Of a stretch of 64,000 nucleotides of DNA, positions 46,669-56,489 are shown in pieces. The stretch covers positions 1,056,942 through 1,120,941 of the forward strand of contig CP064975.1 of the NCBI GenBank assembly GCA_016699425.1. The letters run 5' to 3'. The position numbers were made by a program, and so were the translations under genes. Below the pieces are notes generated by a model, which saw only the letters and a list, made by a program, of their open reading frames with translations, was not told the DNA's origin and ran no database searches. The DNA comes from Candidatus Moraniibacteriota bacterium (GTDB taxonomy: Bacteria > Patescibacteriota > Minisyncoccia > Moranbacterales > UBA1568). How positions within the stretch are numbered: position 1 is the first letter of the stretch; each line of letters opens with the position of its first letter.

Positions 46669-46777
46669 GCCGCTTTGAACTTTTTGGCTGGTGTGCTATA
46701 AATCTCTTTCAGTTCCTTTTTTCAACCCCATCAAATGATGGCCGATCGTTCCCCGGTAGTGGAATAAGGAGACGGAT

Positions 46778-47110
46778 ATGAGATTTTCTATGCTGCCTGG
46801 AGTAGGCACGCTGTTATTCACGGTGGTGATCGGAGGCCTCTCATTCACCGGAGCGTCACCATCAGTCGCTCAGCCGGTGGAGAAGGGTACCGCTCCTCCA
46901 CCACCATCTCCGAAATTGCTCAAACAGGAGCGGCTGATAGCCAATAAGGAGATTGCACAAGTCAGGATTCCACTCCCGGAGACAGCCGTTCCTGACGAGG
47001 TGAAGCCTATCTGCGTGGCCGGCTGGAGGGCGCTCGCCGTGCGCTATGGCACCTACGGTTCCATCCTGTGGGACATCGATTGCTTCGGCGTGAGTTGCAG
47101 ATGCAGATAG
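46778..47110 (+). CDS. hypothetical secreted protein (110 aa)
   Basis: Signal peptide. Followed by copy 2 of the R3 terminator. Confidence 0.45.
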   Translation: MRFSMLPGVGTLLFTVVIGGLSFTGASPSVAQPVEKGTAPPPPSPKLLKQERLIANKEIAQVRIPLPETAVPDEVKPICVAGWRALAVRYGTYGSILWDIDCFGVSCRCR

Positions 47111-47114
47111 TCTG

Positions 47115-47172
47115 GCAGAGGCAAAAGAGCCCGAGTAGTCGAACGACTGCCCGGGCTCTGAAATTTTTTCTA
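47115..47172 (+). terminator. copy 2 of the repeated terminator
   Basis: See 46612-46668. Confidence 0.6.
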
Positions 47173-47184
47173 CTGAAGTAGCGG

Positions 47185-49158
47185 CTAGGTTTTCGGTGCT
47201 ACCGGTGTTTCGGCTCCGCCGATGTCGTCGGCTGTTTCATCAGTGGCATCAGCATCGAGGGCGGTGTCCTCAAAGGCTGCGTACAGATCGCGGAGGGAGT
47301 CTTCTCGGCCCGATGCGGCCCAGACTTCATCCATTGTCGTGTGGCCTTCGAGGACTTTGATCAGTCCATCTTGGGCCATGGTCACCATCCCATCTTTCAC
47401 GGCCGCGTCGAAAATTTCCTTGTCGGTCGCGATCGCATCGATGAGGTCGCGGATGTCTTGCGTGATTGGGAGTACTTCGAAGATGCCCTGGCGGCCAAAG
47501 TAACCGGTGAAGTTGCAGTGGACACAGCCCTTGGGTCGGTAGAGGACATCGACTGTCGGAAACTGCTTCGTCTTGGCCTGAGCCGGTATCATGGCGAGGA
47601 GTTTTTGGATCGCGGCGAGGGTGCTTGCGGCCGGGAGATAGGGCTCTTTGCACTCTTCGCAGAGGATGCGGACGAGTCGTTGGGCCATGATGATATTCAT
47701 CGACGAAGCGATGAGCGATGGCTTCACCCCGAGATCGAGAAGTCTAGGGATAGTCGCGACGGCGTTGTTGGTGTGGAGGGTCGAGAGTACGAGGTGACCG
47801 GTAAGCGAGGCAGAGACCGCGACATCAGCTGTTTCGTCATCGCGGATTTCGCCGACGAGGATGACATCGGGGTCCTGGCGGACGATGGCGCGGAGAGCCG
47901 AGGCGAAGGTGTAGTCTCGATCCTTCGACACTTCTGTCTGGACGATGCCTGGGATATTGTACTCGATCGGATCTTCAACCGTGATGATTTTGATCGCGGG
48001 ATTATTGATGCGGTTGATGAGGGAGTAAAGGGTTGTCGTCTTGCCAGAGCCGGTCGGACCGGTATTGAGGATGATGCCATTCGGTTTTTCGATGGCCCGT
48101 TGGATCTCTTCGAACGCTCGGCCGTAGATCCCGAGGTGTGTGATGTCGACGTCGACATCAGCGTTGTTGAGGAGACGCAGGTCGATATTTTCGCCGTGGT
48201 TGCCGGGGATGAGCGAGACGCGGATGTCGACGCGATCCTCACCGCTCACCATCGAGAAATGTCCGTCTTGGGCGCGATCACGGACATTGATGCGCATGCC
48301 GCCGAGCATCTTGATCCGGGCGAGCGCGAGCTGGTACATGTGGCGCGGCAGGTCGCCGATATCCTGGAGCAGTCCGTCGATCCGATACCGCAGGCGGGCC
48401 GTTGTCTCACCGGGTTCGATGTGGACATCACTTCCCCGCATCTTGGTCGCCCCGGCGAGGATGATCTCGATGATCTGGGACGTCGAGATGGAAGCGTCTC
48501 CTTTGCCGAGATTGAGCAGGTCGCCGAAATTTTTCTCAAAGTGCTCGAGGTCGTCGCCTTTGAGCGAGACACGGAGGATATCGAGGCTGACGAGGAGCGG
48601 CTTATTATTGTAGCTCGCCCAGATCTTCTCGAGCGATTGGCGGGAGACGACCGAGAGCGTCATGTTCCAGTGTTTCTGATTGGCGAGGCCTTGGAGGAAT
48701 TCCATAGCTTCCGGTTGTTCGGGGTCTTCGAGACCGAGATAGACATGATTGCCGTTCTTTCGGAAGAGCGCCACACCGTATTTCTTGGCATCGGCTTCCG
48801 GGAGGAGGGCGACATCTTTGGGATCAGCGGGAAAAAGGTGAAGGTCGAGGTAGGGGAGTCCGACCCGGTCCCCGAGCGCATGGGCCCGATCTTCCATCGA
48901 CTGTTCGCGCAGTTTCTTGAGGAGGTCGGTCGTGCGCAAGGTTTTCTCGCTGGCAGTGGCAGGGACGATGCGATGGCTAACTTTTGGCATAGGGGGTTGT
49001 GTTTTTCGCTCCCATTCTAGCATTTTTCCACCCGAACGAGCTATTCCAATCGATCCGATAGTTGGATCTGGATCGCGGAAGCGGGAGAAGGAGCGTGCTT
49101 CCGAGTGAGAGCGGGGTGCCTTGGTCTTTAGTTTTTTTCCTCCAAACCCTGGAACCAT
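47185..49158 (-). CDS. type II/IV secretion system ATPase (PilB/GspE family)
   Basis: Walker A GPTGSGKTT, Asp box, Walker B, His box, and a C-terminal CxxC tetracysteine (CEEC...CVHC). The N-terminal start is uncertain. Confidence 0.85.
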   Translation of the reverse strand: MVPGFGGKKLKTKAPRSHSEARSFSRFRDPDPTIGSIGIARSGGKMLEWERKTQPPMPKVSHRIVPATASEKTLRTTDLLKKLREQSMEDRAHALGDRVGLPYLDLHLFPADPKDVALLPEADAKKYGVALFRKNGNHVYLGLEDPEQPEAMEFLQGLANQKHWNMTLSVVSRQSLEKIWASYNNKPLLVSLDILRVSLKGDDLEHFEKNFGDLLNLGKGDASISTSQIIEIILAGATKMRGSDVHIEPGETTARLRYRIDGLLQDIGDLPRHMYQLALARIKMLGGMRINVRDRAQDGHFSMVSGEDRVDIRVSLIPGNHGENIDLRLLNNADVDVDITHLGIYGRAFEEIQRAIEKPNGIILNTGPTGSGKTTTLYSLINRINNPAIKIITVEDPIEYNIPGIVQTEVSKDRDYTFASALRAIVRQDPDVILVGEIRDDETADVAVSASLTGHLVLSTLHTNNAVATIPRLLDLGVKPSLIASSMNIIMAQRLVRILCEECKEPYLPAASTLAAIQKLLAMIPAQAKTKQFPTVDVLYRPKGCVHCNFTGYFGRQGIFEVLPITQDIRDLIDAIATDKEIFDAAVKDGMVTMAQDGLIKVLEGHTTMDEVWAASGREDSLRDLYAAFEDTALDADATDETADDIGGAETPVAPKT

Positions 49159-50273
49159 TCCGCGAGGAGTCGCTCAGCGGTTGCAAAGTCGGTGGCGGGG
49201 AGAGTGCCTTCGAGCATATCTCCGACGAGGTGGCTCTCGGAGAAGACAGAGAGGATGTGTTCGAGACGGTCTTCTTGCTGCGTCTTGATGAGGATGCGCA
49301 TTGAGGTCGCACTTTCTTTGAAGAACAGCGCGAAGACGGTCGCGCCGGCATAGTTGTTGCGGATCTTGTCGAGGACGACGGGGAGGTCTTCACTCTTGGA
49401 CCGGGACTCGACCAAGTCTTCGAGGGTGACGGGTGCCCACATGAGGTGGAGGGCATCATTGGTGCGGATATTGCCCATGATGCGCCCCCAGAGTTTCAGG
49501 ATGTGGAGCGGTTGCGTTTTGTAGAGATTCTTCACGATTTTCTGTTGGTCAGCGCCGTGGCCCATCAGGGCGGAGGCGAGCTGGAGGGTCTTCGGCGTCG
49601 TGTTCTTCTTCTGAAACGAGTCGGTGGCAGACATGATCCCCGCCAAGAGTGCTTCGGCGACCGCAGTGTCGATGAATTCTGTCCCGATTGCTTCGATGAA
49701 GTGAGCGACGATCTCTGAAGCGGATGAAGCCGTGACGTCGACCAAGTTCAGCTGGCCGTACTGTTCGTTGTTGGAGTGGCGGTCGATATTGATGATTGGG
49801 ATTTCATAAAAAATGTCCGGATTCTCCTCGTAGAGTTTGCCGAGACTTTCTTTGTCTGGAGCATCGACGGTGAGGACGATATCGAATTTGTACTTGGCGA
49901 GGATGAAGGAGAAGTCCCGCGGATCGATCGTGCCGTGCGTCGGTGTGAGGTGGATGCGGAGTTCTTTGTCGAGTCGCTCAGTCCGGACATCGAGGATGTT
50001 GTTGTGCTCCGTATTGAAAGAGAGGACGAAATCACGGGCGCCGGAAATCGCGGTGAGCACGGTCTCGGGCCAGACGAGGAAACCCAGGTCTTCGCGGCGT
50101 TCATCGATCCGTTCGGCGGCGAGCGTCGGCTTTTTGCCCAAGGCCAGGGCGAACAAAGAAAGCGCGATACCGCTCGCGATCGCGTCGTGGCTCGGATAGG
50201 GCGGGAGGAGGATGAGCGGGTGCTCGGCCGGCTTGAGGAGTTCGAGGAATTGCGCTTCTTTCGTGAGGGACAT
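49128..50273 (-). CDS. DHH/DHHA1-family phosphoesterase (NrnA-like)
   Basis: DHH-type motifs (NIDRHSNN) and a C-terminal DHHA1-like GGH region. Confidence 0.6.
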   Translation of the reverse strand: MSLTKEAQFLELLKPAEHPLILLPPYPSHDAIASGIALSLFALALGKKPTLAAERIDERREDLGFLVWPETVLTAISGARDFVLSFNTEHNNILDVRTERLDKELRIHLTPTHGTIDPRDFSFILAKYKFDIVLTVDAPDKESLGKLYEENPDIFYEIPIINIDRHSNNEQYGQLNLVDVTASSASEIVAHFIEAIGTEFIDTAVAEALLAGIMSATDSFQKKNTTPKTLQLASALMGHGADQQKIVKNLYKTQPLHILKLWGRIMGNIRTNDALHLMWAPVTLEDLVESRSKSEDLPVVLDKIRNNYAGATVFALFFKESATSMRILIKTQQEDRLEHILSVFSESHLVGDMLEGTLPATDFATAERLLAEWFQGLEEKN

Positions 50274-50466
50274 GTCAGAAAACTGAAAAATCAGGGGGAA
50301 ATCCGAACGGATAAGAGGCCAGACTATCAGAGAAATAACTACCGGTCAAATAGCGCGCCGGGGCCAGGCGTACGATCGAAAATAGCGGTCGAGGAGGCTA
50401 TAAATGCTTCAAATAAGTGGTCTATAGCCTTGATACAATGCGTCCCATCCCCTATGCTCCAAGCAT

Positions 50467-50931
50467 ATGGAAACGATCCGGACCCAGTCGAAAGAGGCCA
50501 CCCAGACGTGGGGAAAGCGCTTTGCTGGTACGCTCCAGCCAGAGACCCTCGTCACGCTCGCCGGGGATTTGGGTGCGGGCAAGACGACCTTGGTCCAGGG
50601 CATCCTGGAAGGCTTGGGAGCCACGGCGCCGTATCCGTCACCGACCTTTGTCCTCATGAATCAGTACGAATTGCCGGCTCCGACGCCGACGGGTATCTGC
50701 CGCGTCTATCATGCCGATGCCTACCGGGTGGGTGCGGCCGACTTCGAGCGACTCGGCTTCCTCGAGTGGTGCACTGATCCGCAGGGCCTCGTCCTCCTCG
50801 AATGGCCCGAGCGGCTCGCGAAGATTTTACCAGCCGAACGGACGGATATTTCACTTCGTGCGCTCTCCGAGACCGAGCGGGAGATCACTATCCAGAAAAC
50901 TTCTGACACCAATGAAAAAAGGCTTTCGTGA
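50467..50931 (+). CDS. tsaE: tRNA threonylcarbamoyladenosine biosynthesis protein TsaE
   Basis: P-loop GDLGAGKTTLVQGI. YjeE-family size and motifs. Confidence 0.8.
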   Translation: METIRTQSKEATQTWGKRFAGTLQPETLVTLAGDLGAGKTTLVQGILEGLGATAPYPSPTFVLMNQYELPAPTPTGICRVYHADAYRVGAADFERLGFLEWCTDPQGLVLLEWPERLAKILPAERTDISLRALSETEREITIQKTSDTNEKRLS

Positions 50932-51034
50932 GAAAGCCTTTAATGATCTCGAGCATTGTGGACTGGATGGAAAAACACCGAACGAGTATCTAAAAGAATT
51001 TACCTTAATCAACCCGCCAAAAGTGTGTGCCTAA
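50918..51034 (+). pseudogene. C-terminal remnant of a DDE transposase / integrase-core domain
   Basis: In frame 2 after the tsaE stop: KAFNDLEHCGLDGKTPNEYLKEF matches the (Y/F)NxxRxHxxLxxxTPxE(Y/F) terminus of the rve/DDE transposase fold. No catalytic domain is upstream. Confidence 0.45.
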
Positions 51035-51232
51035 AACAACAGTTATGGTTCGGTACATTGGAAATACTGGTTTCACTTCTTCCCACTTGTTCCGCACGCG
51101 AGTGAGCCTCGGGGTGTTTCCGGTGGGAGAGAGACGGACCACGGGAAGGCCGAGATTCAAAAGTATTTCTCGCGTACAGAGGAAGTGAGACGATTCAAAA
51201 ACGGTGACAGAGTGACTATCGAAGTTGGGGTG

Positions 51233-51264
51233 GAGCAAGCGCATGACGTGGCATGCGCTTGCTC
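51233..51264. repeat. perfect 13-bp-stem palindromic hairpin (GAGCAAGCGCATG-ACGTGG-CATGCGCTTGCTC)
   Basis: Related to the hairpin at 54388-54410 (GAACAAGCGAG-TCT-CGCTTGCTC). The two bracket the GC-rich ORF block. Confidence 0.7.
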
Positions 51265-51272
51265 CAGAAAAC

Positions 51273-51524
51273 CTATTGCATCTGCCGATACCCCCAATAC
51301 TCCTTCGGCACGGTCTTCGACACCTCGCCATTTGGCAGGGTGACGAAGATCTTGAGCGACCCGTCCGAATTGATACGCCCCTGCTCATCGGGGATTTGAC
51401 TCGGGTCAGTGACGCCGAGGGCTCCGAGAGCCTGGGTCACTCGTTCGGCAAACCCCAGCCACGCCGCGTGTGTGGCCGGACTGATCAGGACATCGCCCAG
51501 ATCGATGACGCTATTGTCATTCAT
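51273..51524 (-). CDS. hypothetical protein (83 aa)
   Basis: ORF in the GC-rich segment. Confidence 0.4.
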   Translation of the reverse strand: MNDNSVIDLGDVLISPATHAAWLGFAERVTQALGALGVTDPSQIPDEQGRINSDGSLKIFVTLPNGEVSKTVPKEYWGYRQMQ

Positions 51525-51705
51525 ATCCCTCTCCTTGTGAAAAAGTTCTCAATAAAAAGTGAATTAAAAAATTATTCCATCGTTGAGCATTCATTTTGTC
51601 TCTCGCAAAATAAATTCTCAAAGATGGAGAGGAACACGACCAAGTGTTCCCGTCCAAACCAAACAAGTTTTTTAAAAGCAGGAAAACTTGAAAACCTTGC
51701 GGATA

Positions 51706-52677
51706 TTAATCCGCCACAACTTCGACGAATTCGTCATCGCCGACAGAGGCCGGGGGTGGTGCCACCTTGCGTACCCGCTTCACCCCTTGGGGGGCGGGTT
51801 GTTGTGCGGTGATGGTGCGCTGGAATGCAGCGCGTACCACTACCATCTCAGGATGCACGACACGGATGCGCCGTTCCCGGATTTCCCGAAGCGGGAATTC
51901 CCGCTTCAGTGGGCCCTCGTTGAGGAGGAGTCGCCGCCGGCCTTCGTCGACGGTCTTCTCCCACCAGCCGTATTGACGGCCGGTGAAGGTGCGGCTGGTC
52001 TGGTAGGACCAGCCGGCCAGGGCCGGGTCGAGTCCGACATCGCCCGGGCCCACATAGTGGGCGTTGGACGACCCGGCGAGCTGCCAGATTCCTCCCGCGT
52101 CCTTGCGGACGATGCCTTCGGGGAGGGAAAACTTCCCCTCCCCGATATCGCGCGCGAAGAGGGCGCGCGACGTCCAGGTGACCCAGTGGTCCCCTTCGGT
52201 CCAACCGAGCCCGAGGGACTCGGCTGGGAGGAGCGTGCCTGCCGAATCAGGCAGGTCGTCGATGACGGCCTCGACCCACCGGGCCGAGACTTCCTCGCGG
52301 ACTGGCAGGGCCAGTCCGGCGAAGTAGCGGGGCGTCTGCCCCGCCAGCTCGACCTTGACCACCCAGAGGTGGTCTCCGGATAGGTGCCCATCCTCCAGAT
52401 GGAGAACAGACACCACCTCACCGCTCTCAACCGCAAATGCGGCCGATGCGGCGAAGCAGAAGTAGGCATGACGCTGGGGCACGGGTGCTCCGTCACCACG
52501 CCCATATCGACCGGACCCCGTGACGCCCCCATAGGGGAGGTGCTCGGGGGGCGCGAACGCCCGGACGGTTTCTTCACGTACTATTTGCTGGAGTTTCATC
52601 TCCAAGCTCCTCCTCACACGCAAAGCCCGGCGTGCAGAGATAATTGATATGGTGCGGGTACACCGGAACTCTATCAA
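51706..52677 (-). CDS. hypothetical Gly/Trp-rich protein (up to 323 aa; start probably the internal MKLQQIV)
   Basis: Long ORF with high GC third positions. No recognised motif. Confidence 0.45.
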   Translation of the reverse strand: MIEFRCTRTISIISARRALRVRRSLEMKLQQIVREETVRAFAPPEHLPYGGVTGSGRYGRGDGAPVPQRHAYFCFAASAAFAVESGEVVSVLHLEDGHLSGDHLWVVKVELAGQTPRYFAGLALPVREEVSARWVEAVIDDLPDSAGTLLPAESLGLGWTEGDHWVTWTSRALFARDIGEGKFSLPEGIVRKDAGGIWQLAGSSNAHYVGPGDVGLDPALAGWSYQTSRTFTGRQYGWWEKTVDEGRRRLLLNEGPLKREFPLREIRERRIRVVHPEMVVVRAAFQRTITAQQPAPQGVKRVRKVAPPPASVGDDEFVEVVAD

Positions 52678-52854
52678 CCCACACCTACTCGTGAGATCTT
52701 CTCACTTTCGCTACAGGCTGAATGAAGTCCAGCACCAAAACCAATTGGTGCTGGATGAATGAGGAAGCAAGCGACCAAGCAAGCTCCTCATCCAAAACCA
52801 TGTGTTTATTCGCGCTGATATACGCTGGTCAAACACACAAAACCGTTTAAGAAC

Positions 52855-54288
52855 TCAGAACCCGAGAGTAGCGACCTTTTGGGCCACTAACTTCAGGGTG
52901 TTTGCCACCCGGACCTCGCCCAAGTACGGGAGAAGCCGTGATGCCGGAACGAAACGGCGCGAGGTTGAAACCCCGATGCGCCGCATGAACTCCCACGTCC
53001 CCTCAGCGCAGTTACCTGCGTCTCGGGAATCCTGGAAGTACACGATGGGGCAGAACCCCACCGGCTGGAGTCGGGAGACAAACTGCTTGTTCTCCCTCTC
53101 CAACTTCTTCTGCTTCTGCCACGCATCGAGCGCGGCACCGACTGCGGCCTCACGATCTGCGAGTGACTTGTGAGTCACTGTGTCGTACCAACCTCCGGTA
53201 TGGTGATACGACCGGCCGAAGCCAGTCACCAACCACACCACCTCAACGAACTCGCGTCCGCTGGTTTCGGTGAGCCGATACCCGGCTGAAGCCGAGATAC
53301 CGTGTCGCACCGCGTTGTCGCTTGTGGGGTCGAGGTACATCTCGACCCCGTCCGTCTTGTCACGGACGAGCCGTCCCGATGCCAACAGGGCATCGCGCAG
53401 GCAAGTAAACTCGCCCGCGTTCACCCGCTCCACTGCCCAGCGGAGTACTTCTCGCGGGGCGGGTTTGAACAAGGTGAGCCCGCGCGCCGCGATGAGGACA
53501 TCGCGGCTTTTGCAGTTGTGGAAGTCCTCTCCAGAGATACCGAAGAGGACCTGCTGGACTATATTGGCCGCGGTGGCCATACCCGCCTTGCGCGGGCACA
53601 GCCGGTTGTACGGGACGCAAGACCAGCGTCCCTTGAAGTGAATACCAAACCCCCGCAGGAAGCGGTTGGTCTGGTAGGCTACCTTTCTCAGGTAGCGATC
53701 CGCTCCGCCGGGCGACGGGTGTCGCTCGACGAAGTCCCAGAGATTCACCACGTTGTGCGGGGAGTGAAACATCCCGCACTGGGTGGCTCTGATGAATTCC
53801 ACGAGCGTCGGGAATGCCGACGCCGCGCGGAGCCACCCTGCCATCCGGAGGAACTGCTCGGTCGAAGCCTCCAGACGTCGAGCCCGGTAAGCTTTCTCGC
53901 TTTCCCCCTCTTTCCACTCGACGTGGGAGGAGGAATTGTTCTGGAGATTATACGGGATGACCCGCGTGGGGCCATACTTCGGCCAGTTACGCCGGTCCCA
54001 TTCCGATTGGAACCAGTTTTCTTTCCACTCCTCGGTCAGGATGCCAACCGAGATTTCAAAGTCAATCGCCGCGCGGGCGACGCGCTTTTGAAGCCCACCG
54101 AAACTCCAGGGGCGCTTGCCCCTGAGGGCGACAGCGCCCTCGTATTTGACCTCTTCCCGCCACGAGGTGGCGGTTTGGACTTCTTCTTCGCCCCGGAGAG
54201 CGTTGAGGGAGTCTTGCTTCCTTACAAATTCCTTGGCCATGATGGCCTCCTTTTTGTGAGCGACGGTTGATGAAAGGCGGATCCGCAT
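52855..54288 (-). CDS. hypothetical protein (477 aa), Trp/Arg-rich
   Basis: Longest ORF of the GC-rich segment. Start near MAKEFVRKQ. No motif recognised with confidence. Confidence 0.5.
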   Translation of the reverse strand: MRIRLSSTVAHKKEAIMAKEFVRKQDSLNALRGEEEVQTATSWREEVKYEGAVALRGKRPWSFGGLQKRVARAAIDFEISVGILTEEWKENWFQSEWDRRNWPKYGPTRVIPYNLQNNSSSHVEWKEGESEKAYRARRLEASTEQFLRMAGWLRAASAFPTLVEFIRATQCGMFHSPHNVVNLWDFVERHPSPGGADRYLRKVAYQTNRFLRGFGIHFKGRWSCVPYNRLCPRKAGMATAANIVQQVLFGISGEDFHNCKSRDVLIAARGLTLFKPAPREVLRWAVERVNAGEFTCLRDALLASGRLVRDKTDGVEMYLDPTSDNAVRHGISASAGYRLTETSGREFVEVVWLVTGFGRSYHHTGGWYDTVTHKSLADREAAVGAALDAWQKQKKLERENKQFVSRLQPVGFCPIVYFQDSRDAGNCAEGTWEFMRRIGVSTSRRFVPASRLLPYLGEVRVANTLKLVAQKVATLGF

Positions 54289-54387
54289 CCACCGTTTTGA
54301 TTTCTAAAATAAAAACCAAAACGGCAGAAACGGAAACCCATTTCAATAACAAAACGCCGACAGTAACAGTTGATTGAAACTCTCTCA

Positions 54388-54410
54388 GAACAAGCGAGTC
54401 TCGCTTGCTC
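54388..54410. repeat. imperfect palindromic hairpin related to 51233-51264
   Basis: Shares GAGCAAGCG/CGCTTGCTC arms. Confidence 0.6.
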
Positions 54411-54571
54411 AGTAGAGAGGAGAAACATACCACTGTTTCTCGCCTCACCAACCTCCCGATGTGACTCGGGATATTTGCCTTTGGAGTTATCCACCACTCC
54501 GGGTATCAGGCGACCCTTAGGGTGCGGTTTCTAAAACTGGAGAAACCGCCAAAACCTGCGAGAGTCGAAAC

Positions 54572-54808
54572 CTAGTGGATCCGCACTCTCAGTTTGGCCG
54601 GGGCGCGCCGTACGGGCGCGACACGGTCGAGTTGAGCGCGGGTCACGCGCCCCAGCCGTTCCACCGGAACGGCACGGGTCTCCACGAGGCCTTGCGGCCC
54701 AGTGAAGACAACTGTCACGCTGTCGCCCTTACGGGCGACCACACTCGGTCTCCAACCGGCGTGAGCGAGATCCGCCCACGCACAATTCGTGAAATTCACG
54801 GCCATGAT
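54572..54808 (-). CDS. hypothetical small protein (~78 aa from MAVNFTNCAW)
   Basis: ORF only; GC-rich. Confidence 0.3.
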   Translation of the reverse strand: MMAVNFTNCAWADLAHAGWRPSVVARKGDSVTVVFTGPQGLVETRAVPVERLGRVTRAQLDRVAPVRRAPAKLRVRIH

Positions 54809-55559
54809 GGCCTCCTTCCCACACGCAATGCCCGGCGTATTGGATAGATGAATGATGGTGCGGGTACACCAGTTCTCAGAAAGCTTGATGACAAAAACCA
54901 TCCAGCTTCCAATTGAACAAGTTGTTAAGGTTCTCCTTGAACGGGGCGTGGCTCGCTTCTGCACACTTTCGGCGTGTCCGTTTCCTCCGTTGCTTTCCAA
55001 GGACCGTTATGCCTACGAGGCTATCAATTGATCGCCTCATAGGCATTCACTCCTTGCGAGTCAGGGTAGTATTCGGATCGACGCGTCGGGGCTACCGTCT
55101 CTCGTCCGCTTTGCAGCGCACTGGTAGTGGACCGACACTTTGATCACAGACCGCTCAGAATATGGTTAGTATTCCGCCTTGGCAGCCGAGTGAAGGGCTG
55201 CTAGATGTGACTCGTTTGTCTCTCTCCGCGTTGGGAGTATGAAATGTACTGTATCTCTCTCGAAGCTATCTTTTGTGGCTTCCGAGAAAGAGGATGGGGG
55301 AGAATCTCGCGAAACTCGAGGGTCTCGAGGTCCCCGCCTGCGACGCTGTTGCGTAGCACTTCGGGCAGGTCTCTCTACTCTCCCGAGTGTTGTCGGTCGA
55401 GCAGGATTCGCGTCACCGTTCTCCCGCATGTCTCTCTCTAAGAACGCTGATCGGTAAGGTACTAAGGTGGCTGTCTCACGGCCGGTCCCCGTCTACATCG
55501 CCTCGCGAAGTATGCCGGGCAGGTCTCTCGTCTCTCTTTTTCTATTGAAGTCACAGTAT

Positions 55560-55690
55560 AGCACCGTTTTACAACAGTGTCAATGATACGTATCAGAAAT
55601 ATGAAAAAAAGCTTATATAATATAAAAAATATGCATAAATAAGCATATAATATGTCACAATATATTGACAATATATAAAATGAGGAGTAG
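55560..55690. promoter_or_regulatory. AT-rich leader/promoter of TrmB paralogue 3
   Basis: AATATGCATAAATAA and ATATTGACA motifs are shared with the other TrmB leaders. Confidence 0.45.
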
Positions 55691-56489
55691 AATGAAAGGA
55701 AATAAGATGAAATATATGGAGCTTCTCTACACAGAAAATCTGAAGCAGGTTGGACTGTCCGAGGCGCAAGCCCTCGTATTTGAGGCTCTATTAAAGGAAA
55801 AAGAGATAAAGGCAGGGAAGCTCGCCAAGTACCTGCCTTTGAAGCGGGGTTTGATTTACAAATCACTCGACGATCTGGTCGCTCTGGGGCTGACCGAAAA
55901 GCAAGAAGCCCCCGGGAAAGTCGCACTCTACCGGGCGAAGCACCCGACCGCACTCCGGTCCGTCGTGGAGACAAAAGAGCGGGCGATCCGGGATGCCGAA
56001 CGAGCGATCGAGGGGCTCTTGCCGGTGTTGTCATCGGATTTCAATCTCCACTCGAGCCAGCCGGGAGTGCTCGTCTATGAGGGGGAGGTGGGAGTGGAGA
56101 AGGTGCTCGACGATTCACTTCAAGCCAAGGAAGTGATCTATTCCTATGTCGATGTGGAAGCGGTGGAGAAGAATATCGGCGAAATCAATGCTCGCTATAT
56201 GCGGAAGCGGGAGAAGCTCGATATTTATAAGAAGCTGCTCGTCCCAGATACGCCGTTTATTCGCAGTCTCTACACCGAAGAAAGAAGCCTCGTGACCGAA
56301 GTCCGGGCCATTCCCATGAGTGCGACGCCCTTCGAGGTATCGATGCAGATTTACGATGGCAAGGTCTCGTACCTGACACTCGCGCATGACCGCAAGCTCG
56401 GTGTCATCATCGAAAACCCCGCGATCTATCAGATGCACAAGTATCTCTTCGAGACGCTCTACGATCGAGCAGAAGTCCTGGCCCGCTAG
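55665..56489 (+). CDS. TrmB-like wHTH transcriptional regulator (paralogue 3)
   Basis: LSEAQALVFEALLKEKEIKAGKLAKYLPLKRGLIYKSLDDLVALGL winged helix. Confidence 0.65.
   Translation: MTIYKMRSRMKGNKMKYMELLYTENLKQVGLSEAQALVFEALLKEKEIKAGKLAKYLPLKRGLIYKSLDDLVALGLTEKQEAPGKVALYRAKHPTALRSVVETKERAIRDAERAIEGLLPVLSSDFNLHSSQPGVLVYEGEVGVEKVLDDSLQAKEVIYSYVDVEAVEKNIGEINARYMRKREKLDIYKKLLVPDTPFIRSLYTEERSLVTEVRAIPMSATPFEVSMQIYDGKVSYLTLAHDRKLGVIIENPAIYQMHKYLFETLYDRAEVLAR

Noticed and set aside
53302-54270. Long antisense ORFs in GC-rich or high-coding regions. Examples: 53302..54270 +, 47341..49020 +, 44254..45369 +, 41400..42116 +, 12062..12865 -, 34815..35672 +, 13391..14020 -.
   Set aside because: They lie antisense to well-supported genes (the 477-aa ORF, pilB-like, ruvB, yebC, nrdA, the RimK-related ligase, nrdB). 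Their composition is low-complexity Arg/Ser/Pro-rich, typical of shadow ORFs.
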